A stretch of 64,000 bases of DNA, taken from positions 39,629 through 103,628 of the forward strand of contig JAKPMO010000028.1 in assembly GCA_029548865.1 (NCBI GenBank). The letters run 5' to 3'. Under the pieces are notes generated by a model. That model made no database searches, was not told the DNA's origin, and saw nothing but the letters and a program-made list of their open reading frames with translations. Shown piece by piece: positions 19,830 through 29,467 of the stretch; the stretch's first letter is position 1, and every line of letters starts with the position of its first letter. The position numbers were made by a program, and so were the translations under genes. The stretch is from Caldisericota bacterium (lineage in GTDB: Bacteria; Caldisericota; Caldisericia; JAAYUI01).

Positions 19830-21113
19830 CTATTTGACAAGCAGGCAACAACCATCAAAGCTTGCCGTTCCACCATCATTTTGTGCCAGCTGGGCATAAA
19901 GCTTGACTTCAAAGGGGCCCTGCCCCTGAACAGAAACTGAGAGCCTGACCCATTTGTCTTTGAATGCTTCAGCAGCTTGCCCAGCCCTGCAGTCAAGGTA
20001 TGTTGAAACTGCTGGCGCTCCAGATGGCACTATTTCTATCTTTGCCGTCTGGTCGGTGCGCACCCAGCAGGAAAATGTGATGTTTCCGGAATGCGTGCCT
20101 GGATGTGTCTGGTGACAATAGCTCCAGCCAGTGTTTGGGGTCGCTGTCAATCTCAGGGAAAAATCGCCCAGAATCCCCTGGCCCTTCGCTGTCTGCAAGG
20201 CACCGAGGCCACCAGTTGCCCAACCGTCCGGCATGCTTCCGGTCCAGGAGTCAAAGATCGGGTTCTTGAGTCGGAGAATCCCAAGCCCGGTGTCGCCTGT
20301 TTCGCAAAATTCATGGGACATTGCAGGCATCATGGCCTGCGGCCCTGCCGGACTTGGAGGGTTAAATTCATACAATGAAAGGTGCTGCTCGATGTAGCGG
20401 TACGTCGCCCTGACAACCGGCGCCATCTCCTCAACCTGCTTGCCTGTGGCATGTGAAAACGATAGTGCCCCAGAAAGCGTTATCGTGTTCGGCAAAACAA
20501 CTGACTGGACAATGACCGCTTCATCCTGCGAGGTCGTCTCACCCTTAAGGATAGCCATGTCCCCAGGAGAAAACCCGGCAACATCATCGACAATAATTGA
20601 CATTGCACCGGCTTGTGCCTGTGAAACCAGATATGCACTTCCCCTGATCTTTTGCGGAAAGATGATGGAGCCATTGCCAAAATCAACCGAGTACCCGGAT
20701 TCACTGATGATGGCACCATTGACCGTCACAACGGGCACAGGCTCCCGGAGCCAGTCGCCATGCACCGACTTGAGGGTCGTCCAGTCCTCAGTCGAGAGCT
20801 GCTCTTCGTTTACCAGATAGGAATAGAAAGAGTCGCACGAGAGGAGCAGCTCTGAAGCCTGACCCTGTTCCATGACCGACCCTGACGCATGAAAGGAGTT
20901 CGGGCCAAAATCAGAATATGATTTTGCAAAGACGCTCTCAAAAGTCACTTTTCTGCCATCCACCTCAATGGGCCCAACCTCCTGGTAGTCAAAATAGACC
21001 CTCTCCTGTGGCAGGTGGAGTTCCGATAAAATGCCATTCCCCCAGCCTGCACTCACCGGGTCCCTGTTTGCCCCACCCTTTACCGGCTGTATTTTTGGTC
21101 TTGAAGGCAACAT
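19830..21113 (-). CDS. Putative tail tip protein with inserted shared beta domain and C-terminal carbohydrate-binding-like jelly roll
   Basis: YSVDFGNGSIIF...VRATYRY split by the shared insert; NPIFDSWTGSMPDGW...FSCWVRT...FDG resembles a CBM. Confidence 0.6.
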   Translation of the reverse strand: MLPSRPKIQPVKGGANRDPVSAGWGNGILSELHLPQERVYFDYQEVGPIEVDGRKVTFESVFAKSYSDFGPNSFHASGSVMEQGQASELLLSCDSFYSYLVNEEQLSTEDWTTLKSVHGDWLREPVPVVTVNGAIISESGYSVDFGNGSIIFPQKIRGSAYLVSQAQAGAMSIIVDDVAGFSPGDMAILKGETTSQDEAVIVQSVVLPNTITLSGALSFSHATGKQVEEMAPVVRATYRYIEQHLSLYEFNPPSPAGPQAMMPAMSHEFCETGDTGLGILRLKNPIFDSWTGSMPDGWATGGLGALQTAKGQGILGDFSLRLTATPNTGWSYCHQTHPGTHSGNITFSCWVRTDQTAKIEIVPSGAPAVSTYLDCRAGQAAEAFKDKWVRLSVSVQGQGPFEVKLYAQLAQNDGGTASFDGCCLLVK

Positions 21114-21123
21114 TTTTCCTCCC

Positions 21124-21615
21124 TCATGAAAACTCTATTTCCCAGACAACAGTCTTGCTCACCTGGTCGGTCTTTGGCTCATAAACGCCGCAGAGCGCAA
21201 ACACTGTGCTATCAGTAAGGAGCAGTCCGGCCTTGCGCCATGTGAAATTGAACTCCGGCTGGCCAACAAAGTTGGTTACTACGAGCTTTTTTCCCAATGC
21301 GTCCACCTGCTCCACGCTCCTCAACGAAACACTCCCGCCAAGCGTTGTGTCTTTTGGTGTTGGCGGTGTTGCAGAAGTCGAGGCGGCAAACCACTCGATC
21401 CTGAAAACCGGTGAGAGCGTCCTGCCCGATTGCCTGACTGGAGAGCAAAGTGCCCTCGCGATGGCCCTTATTCCTGCGTCTGTTACAGTATTTTCCCTTA
21501 TCTGGTCGCCAATTGTCACTCTCCCGTGGAGCCTCCCCTTCAGTGCAAAATATGCACCTGCCTCATCGGAGACCTCTCCAATGGCCTGCTTAATGTTTTC
21601 CAGCCATTCTTTCAT
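21124..21615 (-). CDS. Putative minor tail protein
   Basis: ENTVTDAG...KAGL...KTDQVSKTVVWEI pattern typical of siphophage tail proteins; ATGA coupling. Confidence 0.6.
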   Translation of the reverse strand: MKEWLENIKQAIGEVSDEAGAYFALKGRLHGRVTIGDQIRENTVTDAGIRAIARALCSPVRQSGRTLSPVFRIEWFAASTSATPPTPKDTTLGGSVSLRSVEQVDALGKKLVVTNFVGQPEFNFTWRKAGLLLTDSTVFALCGVYEPKTDQVSKTVVWEIEFS

Positions 21616-23279
21616 TGTCCCTCCCATTCGCATGCCCCAAAAAGCGACTCACCAAAACCGTAGTCGTTTTTGGGCAGAAAACTCTTTATTGACGGCATAA
21701 AATCCATCACCCCAACCCCAGAAGAAAGCCCCGATGCCGCATTGATGATGTCCCCTTCAGATGCCTCCTGCTCAAGCTGGGCAAGCCTCTTGATGACATC
21801 GGCAAGCAGGCTGGCATAGAGATTGGGGTCGAGGCTGGACTCGCAAACCATCCTCCATTGCATCGGCGTGATTTCGTGTGTGACCCTCGAAATCCTGGCC
21901 CCTTCACATGCCCCAAACCTCTCAAACTCAAAATCGGCAGCAACGCCGGCTCTTATAGGAACTGGATAGACCATTTGCCCGCCCTTGTACCGATACACGG
22001 TGGCCTTGCCCTTCCTCGGCGGGTCTTTGTGGGATGAAAGAAGGTAGTCGGCATATTTGTAAAGTATCGCCCAGTCTTTTATTGCAGGCTTGGTGACTTT
22101 TGGCAGGTCTATCTGGACGCCATACTTTCTGACAGACTCCTCGTCTGCCTCGGAAACATAGCTTATTTTGAGCTTTCTTTTGTATTTGGCCATGAAGCCT
22201 AGGAGCCCCTTGGCTTCCTTGACGCTCCTGCCCAGGTATACCCATCCACCCAGGGCTTCTGCTGTCGCATCTGGACAATATAGGGCATCGAAATTGACTG
22301 TAATCTTGTGGTCCGAGGAGAATGTCCCGGGAAGATTGGTGTCGGCCTCATCATGCAAAATAAGGGACGACAGGGCCGGTTTTGTGTCCAGTGGCTCGTT
22401 GGTCTTTACAACAGAATTCTTCACGGAAAGACCGTCCGTATCACAATCAAGCAGAACAAGGCTGCCCCTTTCAAGCAAGCTGTCACCAGAATCAAAGACG
22501 GCATAGACTGAAAGACTGGAACATTTGTACCATATCGGAAAGGCAAACGGATAAAGCGTGCAGATGTTCGGGTCAGGCGTGTCTGGCAACTCGGAGGAAA
22601 GGATGTACTGCTTTGTAAAATTCTCCGCATCGCCCTCCCCACCCTCGACCCAGACCCTGTTTGCAAGTGTCGAATAATCAGGCTCGAAAGGTGTTGTCTG
22701 CCCTTTTGACATGTCGCAGTGCGGGTCCCTTATCGTGACCTGGAGGTGCTCCAGAAATGCCGGGCCGAAATAATGAATCTTTTGCGGTGAAACGCGAAAC
22801 ACCCATCCTGTAAAATCGCAGAGTGTTTTGAGGCACTGCTCCACGCTCTGCCCGCCAAATTTCACCGAAACGGTGTCATCACAGTCCCTGACCAAGTCTA
22901 CCGAGTGTCCGGGAAGGTGTTTGGCCACAAGAGACTTGTAGATGTCAGATGCCCTCCATTCCATGTAGTGCTCGTTGACCATACGATGTTTGCACTCGGC
23001 GGACCAGTCCCTTGCCTCAAAAACCAGCCTCGTGCCAAGGGGTGTCTCCTCTTTTTTCGGCACCCCGTCACACCTCCCTCCAAAAACCACCTCCCCGCCC
23101 TCGCCAAAAACACTGACCTGGCAAAAAGGCAGGTACTGGGGGATTTGGTCTGCCTGAAGCAGGACAGTTTCAATTGTGCAAGATGATGGTTCGCCGCAAG
23201 CCTCGGTTATTTTTATCGAGGCAACAAGGTCCGTTATGTCCTGATTGCCCGTTTCAACCCTTGATATGCCGCAGAACAT
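21612..23279 (-). CDS. Putative tail hub / Tal-like minor tail protein
   Basis: Follows the tape measure gene; VFGG..., LKTLCDFTGWVFRV, ANRVWVEG, ESVRKYG features. Confidence 0.65.
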   Translation of the reverse strand: MFCGISRVETGNQDITDLVASIKITEACGEPSSCTIETVLLQADQIPQYLPFCQVSVFGEGGEVVFGGRCDGVPKKEETPLGTRLVFEARDWSAECKHRMVNEHYMEWRASDIYKSLVAKHLPGHSVDLVRDCDDTVSVKFGGQSVEQCLKTLCDFTGWVFRVSPQKIHYFGPAFLEHLQVTIRDPHCDMSKGQTTPFEPDYSTLANRVWVEGGEGDAENFTKQYILSSELPDTPDPNICTLYPFAFPIWYKCSSLSVYAVFDSGDSLLERGSLVLLDCDTDGLSVKNSVVKTNEPLDTKPALSSLILHDEADTNLPGTFSSDHKITVNFDALYCPDATAEALGGWVYLGRSVKEAKGLLGFMAKYKRKLKISYVSEADEESVRKYGVQIDLPKVTKPAIKDWAILYKYADYLLSSHKDPPRKGKATVYRYKGGQMVYPVPIRAGVAADFEFERFGACEGARISRVTHEITPMQWRMVCESSLDPNLYASLLADVIKRLAQLEQEASEGDIINAASGLSSGVGVMDFMPSIKSFLPKNDYGFGESLFGACEWEGQ

Positions 23280-23282
23280 CGC

Positions 23283-25562
23283 CTACCCCCTGAAATTGAC
23301 AAGCTCCAGAAGGGCTTTCTGGGCTTCAATGACTGTTTGCTGGGCAATCTCCCTGGCAAGCGAGGATATGTCCCCTTCGTAGCCGCCAAGGTCAAGATTG
23401 AATGTCTGATTGATTTCAATCTTTCCGGCGCCAGTTTGCATGCCTGTCCCATAACCACTGTCTGATTGCCACGGCTTCCCTTCGCCCAGGGTGTTTGTCA
23501 GGTCAATATTTCCCGTCTGGTAAAAGAGCTTTGGCAATACGACATCATCAAGATATTTTGCTGTCAGGGTCGAGGCCTCGGAACTATGGGTCGCAATCCA
23601 TGCCGGATCAACCAGCTTCCAGTAGCCAGTACCTGCCCATCCACCATAAAGCGAAGGATTGGACTTACCCTTGCCAAGCTCCTCCTGCCTGGCCGACACA
23701 GCCTGCCTGAACAACTCGTTTGCGGCCGCCGAAACGGCTTCTTCAAATGACGATCCTGAGCTGACAAGGGAATTGACAAGATTCACCTGCTCAAGGCTGG
23801 CCCCGCCCCAGAGCCCATCGCCTTCCCTTGGTGCCAACTGCGACCAGGTCTTTCCATCCCTTTTTATGCCAAGTGAGTCAAGCAGTTCTTTTAAATAGGC
23901 GTTCTTCCCAGAAACATCATACTGCCATGCGCTTGTTCCTTCGGCGTTTGAGAGCATGCCATACAGCCTCTGACCTATCTCATAGGCCGACTTCAGTCTC
24001 AATGATCCTTCGGAGACAGGGTCAATAGTGGTGTTTGGCGATCCGTTCTGGTCAAACAGGATCTCCTTCAAAAACCCAAGATTGTAATCAAACCCGATCC
24101 CAAGCTCCTTTTGGGCCCTGTCTAGTGCTGAAGTGTTGATTTTTCCTTTGTATTTTTCAAGAAAATCTCGTATGGGAAGGAGTTTGTCTGCCTGCTCCAC
24201 CGGAACTTGCGTCAGCCCCAGTCCGATTGGTGAGCCCCAGTAAAGTTTTTCCAGATCGGCAAGCGTCATCTTTGGCGCCAGGGCCTTGAAAAGATCATTG
24301 CCAACTATGCTCGACGGAAGGCCGGAAACATCCGCAGAAGAACCCTCAAGCAGTTTGCCAAGGCCGGTATTTTTCAGATCATCAGGGACCTGGTATGAAT
24401 CGTTTTCCTTGAAGCCCGACAGATACTTGATGTAGTTGAGCATCGCAAACCACGGCTTTTTGAGTGAAAGGTCCCAGTTTCTTGAGCCGCTTTTGCCCTC
24501 CCAGAGCCAGTCAAGCATGTTTTTTGCCCCAAGCTCCCCGGCACCAAACGGGTCAAGTGGGGGGCCCTGAAGGCCCTCTTTTTGCCTTGCTTTTTCCCAT
24601 TCCTCCCTTGTTTCGGGAAGGATCATTCCCTCACCAAACCAGCCATAATCGCGCCATTTTGAACCAAGCTCGGAAATCTCCGTATCGGTGACCTGCCCCG
24701 ATCTTGAAAGGTATTTGGTCGCCCAGGCAGGGAAAGCGCTTTGCTTACCTCCTCCACCCAGAGACGTTGTCAGCACCGAGAACATGGCATCAAATTCGCT
24801 GGCATTCCTGTATGATGACACCGCCCTGGAAAGGCTTTCTTTAATATCGTCGATGGACGTGTTTAGCCCGTCTGGGAAGAGGCCGCCAAATTTTTCGCCT
24901 TGCGGTGCAGACCTCAGGACAGAAAATGAGCTGGTGATACCCTCTGCAATGCCAGCAAGCCTTGAAGGGAGAGAAGAAAACCCGTCAAAAAGCGCTTGGG
25001 CCACCCTCTCTGATGACCCGCGAAGAAAATCTTCCCCGCTCAAAAGGCCTTGTTCCAGCATCTTTGCAAGGCGCTTTGTCCAGTTGGTCGGGTCCTCTTT
25101 TGAAAGCGGCCCAAGTCTGGCGGGAGAATGCAACTCGAGAAAATCGGAGATCACCGAAGCTATGGAGCTTGCGGCGCTCTCGACCTCTGATAACCCGGAA
25201 AGCAGCCCCTGTGCAAACATCTTTGCAGAGTTTACCCCAAGCCCTGCCATCATTGCCGGAATGGGCGAAGTGGACAGGGCTACAGAATTGCAAAAGTTTC
25301 TTCCAAAATTTGATCCGATCTCCTGCGCTGTCCCAAGGAGCCTGTCGCCCTGTCTTTTCAGGTTCTCATCAAGCTTTCCAAAGGTCTCGGAAAGCTTGTC
25401 CAGTGATTCCCCTGCTTCTTCCCAAGCTTTTTGGGCTTCCCGGGCCTTTTCACTTGCCTCCTCGGCCGAGGAGGCAAGCAGGTCCAGGGATTTTTTTGCC
25501 TTTTCGATCTCGCTGGTTGCGAGGTCTTTTGCCTCAATTGTTATGGTTGCCTTTTCCTGCAT
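23283..25562 (-). CDS. Tape measure protein
   Basis: N-terminal ITIEAKDLAT plus coiled coil; LELHSPARLGPLS motif; C-terminal IEINQTFN; directly after the tail chaperone; start ATG 25562 after a G-rich SD. Confidence 0.75.
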   Translation of the reverse strand: MQEKATITIEAKDLATSEIEKAKKSLDLLASSAEEASEKAREAQKAWEEAGESLDKLSETFGKLDENLKRQGDRLLGTAQEIGSNFGRNFCNSVALSTSPIPAMMAGLGVNSAKMFAQGLLSGLSEVESAASSIASVISDFLELHSPARLGPLSKEDPTNWTKRLAKMLEQGLLSGEDFLRGSSERVAQALFDGFSSLPSRLAGIAEGITSSFSVLRSAPQGEKFGGLFPDGLNTSIDDIKESLSRAVSSYRNASEFDAMFSVLTTSLGGGGKQSAFPAWATKYLSRSGQVTDTEISELGSKWRDYGWFGEGMILPETREEWEKARQKEGLQGPPLDPFGAGELGAKNMLDWLWEGKSGSRNWDLSLKKPWFAMLNYIKYLSGFKENDSYQVPDDLKNTGLGKLLEGSSADVSGLPSSIVGNDLFKALAPKMTLADLEKLYWGSPIGLGLTQVPVEQADKLLPIRDFLEKYKGKINTSALDRAQKELGIGFDYNLGFLKEILFDQNGSPNTTIDPVSEGSLRLKSAYEIGQRLYGMLSNAEGTSAWQYDVSGKNAYLKELLDSLGIKRDGKTWSQLAPREGDGLWGGASLEQVNLVNSLVSSGSSFEEAVSAAANELFRQAVSARQEELGKGKSNPSLYGGWAGTGYWKLVDPAWIATHSSEASTLTAKYLDDVVLPKLFYQTGNIDLTNTLGEGKPWQSDSGYGTGMQTGAGKIEINQTFNLDLGGYEGDISSLAREIAQQTVIEAQKALLELVNFRG

Positions 25563-25791
25563 GTCCCCCCTGCTCCTGTTCCAATCTAGTGCTTCTTTCA
25601 GAAAGCCTGGCCTTTTTGCTCCCGGTTTCCCCAACCAGACAGGCCAGTTCCACAAACAGCCAGTCCTGCTCAAGCATTCCCCCGGATGATGGCCACAAGC
25701 CAAGACCAAGCGTTCTCGACAGGAGAGGCAAAACCTGCCTTATGTGGGGAGGCGCCCCGGTGTCAATCCCAAAGAGCGCCTCCTCGGTCAG
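25534..25791 (-). CDS. Tail assembly chaperone extension (gpT-like), reached by -1 frameshift
   Basis: Open -1 frame right after A AAA AAC; contains WPSSGGMLEQD, similar to the LPxxGGxxDQ motif of gpT-like segments. Confidence 0.6.
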   Translation of the reverse strand: MTEEALFGIDTGAPPHIRQVLPLLSRTLGLGLWPSSGGMLEQDWLFVELACLVGETGSKKARLSERSTRLEQEQGGHAGKGNHNN

Positions 25792-26114
25792 TTTTTTGCC
25801 TGCTCCGAAAAATCGTGGAAAGACAGCACTCTTGAAAGCAGGATCTGATAATAGAGTGCGTCAAGCGCCCCAATATCGTCCTCAGTTGGCTTTAGTGTCT
25901 TGCCACCTATCTGCAATTCGTGGCACGAAAGGGCAACAAGCCTCAGGTTTGCCCTGAATGTATTATCTGACTTGTTTCTTTCTGTATCTGTGAGTAACCT
26001 CTGGACCTCCAGGAACTCTCCGACAGAAACCCCATGGATTTTTGCCCTGTCGCCTTTTCCTGCCCTTACATCAAAATCAGCAAAGCCAAACGACTCTTCC
26101 CTGAGATAACTCAC
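25788..26114 (-). CDS. Tail assembly chaperone (gpG-like)
   Basis: GTG start overlapping the tail tube TGA; ends GCA AAA AAC TGA; lies between tail tube and tape measure. Confidence 0.7.
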   Translation of the reverse strand: MSYLREESFGFADFDVRAGKGDRAKIHGVSVGEFLEVQRLLTDTERNKSDNTFRANLRLVALSCHELQIGGKTLKPTEDDIGALDALYYQILLSRVLSFHDFSEQAKN

Positions 26115-27355
26115 AGGAAGCTGTACTTTCCGCAAACAAGTTCTGCCTTGACGGCAAAACCATCGCTCTGGCTGAATGTCGCGCTGGCCTTCCAGCTCTG
26201 GGCTGTTTTTCTGCCAACCTGGACCGGCACGGAACACGCAGTCATGTAGCATTTTGGCAATGTCACCTTCAATGAGCCTGGGATTGCAGATGATGGGCCA
26301 ATCAGGGCGCCCTGCATCTCAACCACACAGGCGAAAGGCTTTGTCTCATTCTTTGCTGCATAGTCCACCCCATCTCCGCCCAGGAACCTCTGCAATTCGG
26401 CATCGTCCTCAAAGAGGGCCTCCGCATCAAGCTCTGCCGATATGGTGCCTGCGCTGCCCTTTGAGATAAATGCACCGCTGGAAAGCGTCCTTTCCGATGC
26501 CTCCAGCCCGTTTGAAACTGAGAGTTTGAGGCTCTTGACCAGAGACGTTTTGGGCGTTCCCTCAACCGTGATTGATGAGCCGATGGGCTTGAAAGATTCG
26601 CATTCCTGATAGACAGGTGTTGCCCTCGTGTTGTGGGCAGACATCCTTGAGCCAACAAATGAGGCAGAAATAGAGACCGGTTCTGCAGGCAATATCGAGA
26701 TTGAGCAATTTTCTGTCATCATGCCGGAGAACCTGACGGCAGAGTGCCCGTCAGGAGCACCAAGGTCAAGTTCCCATGTCTGGCTGGGCACAGTTCCTGA
26801 CTGGTTGAAAGTGTGTTTGTAGGCAATATCTGAAACATTCTCCACGACTGGCGACCCGAGGTCATGGGCAAAAATCAGCCCACCAGAAACCCCTTTTGCC
26901 TCGATGCCAAGTGTTGTTCCATTCACAGAGACAATTTTTGCAAACTCGCAAACCTGACCGGTGCCGATGGCCACCCAGTCGTTTACTGCCAGGCCATCTG
27001 CCGAAGCAACTTCTATCGTTGTGGCGCCAGCTGGTGCCTGTGAGGACAGCGTTGTTGATGCCTCTCCAGATTTTGCTTCCGGCATGGCCACGACGCTGTC
27101 CTGGCCAAAGAGCCAATACAGGATTTGCCCCACGGCAACAGGGTTTGCATCAAGCGTTATGTCCCCTTTTTGTGTCCAGCCCTTCTGGACCATCTCCGAT
27201 TGCTGGGCCGAGTTGCCTATCAGAAACCTTTTTGACATGTCCCTGCCCCAGCTGACATTGCAGGAGAGCACCTTCCAGAAATTGTCCGGTGCCACAGGCT
27301 CTGCAAACTGCGTCTCCCTCCCAAAACCGAAATAGCTGGATTCGCCTTTTGGCAT
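26111..27355 (-). CDS. Major tail tube protein with inserted ~70-aa domain
   Basis: YFGFGRETQFAEPV N-terminus, YKHTF...PSQTWE, SISASFVG, VTLPKC; no sheath gene nearby. Confidence 0.75.
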   Translation of the reverse strand: MPKGESSYFGFGRETQFAEPVAPDNFWKVLSCNVSWGRDMSKRFLIGNSAQQSEMVQKGWTQKGDITLDANPVAVGQILYWLFGQDSVVAMPEAKSGEASTTLSSQAPAGATTIEVASADGLAVNDWVAIGTGQVCEFAKIVSVNGTTLGIEAKGVSGGLIFAHDLGSPVVENVSDIAYKHTFNQSGTVPSQTWELDLGAPDGHSAVRFSGMMTENCSISILPAEPVSISASFVGSRMSAHNTRATPVYQECESFKPIGSSITVEGTPKTSLVKSLKLSVSNGLEASERTLSSGAFISKGSAGTISAELDAEALFEDDAELQRFLGGDGVDYAAKNETKPFACVVEMQGALIGPSSAIPGSLKVTLPKCYMTACSVPVQVGRKTAQSWKASATFSQSDGFAVKAELVCGKYSFL

Positions 27356-27364
27356 TTTTCCTCC

Positions 27365-27772
27365 CTAGTTTTCAACCTCTACCTGGAGGCCAACAGCACC
27401 CTGAAGGACAAACTGGTTTTCATGGTAAAATGGCTCCAGTGAAAAATTTGTTTCGACATGCCTGACCAGATATGACGGCAGAAATGTCGGCTCGGTTGCT
27501 TCTTCTTCGATCCTCGAAATGATGTCGGCAAGCGCAAGGTATCCCTGTTCCCTGCCCTGATAGTCCCTTGAGAGCACACTTATTGTGAGGCCAATGATGG
27601 ATTCCCTGCCACCGCCTATTGTTGTTGCCCTTCCTTCCGAAGGCGCAATCGACAGGGCAAGGCATGGAAACTGCTTTGCCAACTGTCTTGGCCCCAGAAC
27701 TATCTCGACACCCGGAAACTTCATCTCCAGGGCATCTTTCGCCTGTAGCAGAACCTCCCTGTATGGCGTCAT
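27365..27772 (-). CDS. Tail terminator / completion protein
   Basis: 135 aa, QFPCLAL motif, immediately upstream of the tail tube gene. Confidence 0.6.
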   Translation of the reverse strand: MTPYREVLLQAKDALEMKFPGVEIVLGPRQLAKQFPCLALSIAPSEGRATTIGGGRESIIGLTISVLSRDYQGREQGYLALADIISRIEEEATEPTFLPSYLVRHVETNFSLEPFYHENQFVLQGAVGLQVEVEN

Positions 27773-27906
27773 TTTCGCCCTCCCGATACCTTTTTGCCAT
27801 CTCCATGGCTGGCCAAAGATTCAAGCTTTTCCCTGATGCTTTTTGCAACATCCTGAACCTTATCTGCAAAAACCGCTTTCCCCAGATCATGCTTTATCTG
27901 GATCAC
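27769..27906 (-). CDS. Short 45-aa ORF in the neck region (possibly a reduced neck/morphogenesis gene)
   Basis: GTGA overlap upstream and ATGA overlap downstream, exactly filling the gap. Confidence 0.45.
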   Translation of the reverse strand: MIQIKHDLGKAVFADKVQDVAKSIREKLESLASHGDGKKVSGGRK

Positions 27907-28277
27907 GAAGCCACCCAGAGTCCAGATGGGACACCCGATCGTGGCAAAAGCTCTGCCGAAACCCTGCCATCCCTTATCTCGCGGAGCATGTCCAGTGACC
28001 TCTTGTAAAGGTTTTGTGCCTGCTGGCACCATGAATCGCCCTGCTCCTGGAAAACGTATTCAAGGCAAAACGAGCACGCCAGATCAACCGTTATTTCCCT
28101 GATTGGCAGAGGTACAAGGTCTGGCACCTGGAAGTTGCACGAAACAACAAGGTCAACCATTCTGCTGGCCTTCAAAATCGCCTGTTCGATGGAAAACTTG
28201 TTCTCGGAGGTATCTGGAATGACTTCCTCGCCAATTCCCCTGAGTGCTTTTCTGACATCCTGAATGCCAGCATACAT
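27903..28277 (-). CDS. Head-tail connector/adaptor (Mu gp36 / DUF1320-like)
   Basis: MYAGIQDV, AILKASRMVD, VPLPIREITVDLA, LYKRSLDMLREIRDG. Confidence 0.7.
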   Translation of the reverse strand: MYAGIQDVRKALRGIGEEVIPDTSENKFSIEQAILKASRMVDLVVSCNFQVPDLVPLPIREITVDLACSFCLEYVFQEQGDSWCQQAQNLYKRSLDMLREIRDGRVSAELLPRSGVPSGLWVAS

Positions 28278-29456
28278 CTATTTCACCTTCAGGTTGCTCA
28301 AAACCACTACAGCATCAGGATTTTCAAGGGCACAATCGCACCTGATTGTCACAACAAAGTAAGTCACACCCTCTGTTGCCCTGCGCTCTGTCTCGATGGT
28401 CACGTCCTGCTGGATACCCAGCACAAGATTGCTTGTGTCACAAAGCATGACAAAAGTTCCGTCCAGTGTGCATTCGACAACCTTATCGCCTGACTGGTGC
28501 GGGAACACCAGAGCGCTATCCAGTGTGACATCAGTTGCCACAACAGAGGCCACTTTCCTGATTTCACGGGTCGCCCCTTCGCCAATGGCCAGTGTGTCGC
28601 CCTGCTGGACGTTTGTTGCGGATGCGACTTCTATTGTTGTGTCTCCAGCAACAGAGGCCGATGACAGGGTGGTATTTCCTCCGCCAGAAACAGGCACCGG
28701 AAGATTTGTAGGAACAAGAGCGCATGGCGAGATCGTCACTTTGCCGAAGCTCATGAGAGAATCTCCGGTTATTGCGTCGTCTCCAAGAGGGGTTGTCCTG
28801 CTTCCAAGAGCATCAACATAGTCCTGGTACAGGTCGTCGCTCATTATGAACCTGAGATTTTCTCTTTTTCCCCTGTATTTGCTGGACAGGGTCTTCAGAG
28901 TCCTCGAGAGTTTTTCCGCGCTAATGTCCCTGTCGGTGAAAACGGTCTTGGCATCTATGACATGGCCTTCGGAAATGGCCCTCGGATACCACCCTTCAAC
29001 CATCTCCCAGATGTGATTTTTTGGCAGTGCCCCGGTGTCTTGCCCCATGAGGTAGGCATATTCAAGCTGGTTGCCTATCTGGTTTGCCACCACCCTCATG
29101 AGGTGGTCAGCAAACGATTCGCCTTCAATATTGTCCATGAGCGCATCATCCGCAATCGGCACAACGGCCTTCATGGCCTTCGAGGTGAGCGTGACAGCCG
29201 ATGTCGAGACATCGGAGAAACCGTCTCCTGAAGAACCGTAATTTCCAGGCCTGAGAACCTCCTCGCCGATGCCCAGTCTCACAAGTTTTTTTGTGTTCCC
29301 CCTCATCCTCTCGACCCTTGCATTGTTCTTGAGAAACGAGGCATCAACAATGTAGTCAATAAAACGGTTTACGTCCTCTGTTGCAAGGCCGATCCTCTGG
29401 GCAAAAGACCCGGAAGTTATCGCAGCTTTTGAAAGCAGTTTTTCATTCCCTATCAT
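28278..29456 (-). CDS. Major capsid protein (HK97 fold, PBSX XkdG-like) with inserted domain
   Basis: RFIDYIVD, LMDNIEGESFADHLM, LSSKYR, NLVLGIQQDVTIE, ALENPDAVV; start ATG 29456 after GGGAGG. Confidence 0.85.
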   Translation of the reverse strand: MIGNEKLLSKAAITSGSFAQRIGLATEDVNRFIDYIVDASFLKNNARVERMRGNTKKLVRLGIGEEVLRPGNYGSSGDGFSDVSTSAVTLTSKAMKAVVPIADDALMDNIEGESFADHLMRVVANQIGNQLEYAYLMGQDTGALPKNHIWEMVEGWYPRAISEGHVIDAKTVFTDRDISAEKLSRTLKTLSSKYRGKRENLRFIMSDDLYQDYVDALGSRTTPLGDDAITGDSLMSFGKVTISPCALVPTNLPVPVSGGGNTTLSSASVAGDTTIEVASATNVQQGDTLAIGEGATREIRKVASVVATDVTLDSALVFPHQSGDKVVECTLDGTFVMLCDTSNLVLGIQQDVTIETERRATEGVTYFVVTIRCDCALENPDAVVVLSNLKVK

Positions 29457-29467
29457 GTTCCCTCCCG

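Noticed and set aside
24688..25957. Long plus-strand ORFs (333 and 331 aa)
   Set aside because: Antisense shadows of the tape measure and chaperone genes
17669..27355. Contractile tailocin / eCIS
   Set aside because: No sheath or baseplate wedge genes recognised, and a full head and packaging module is present
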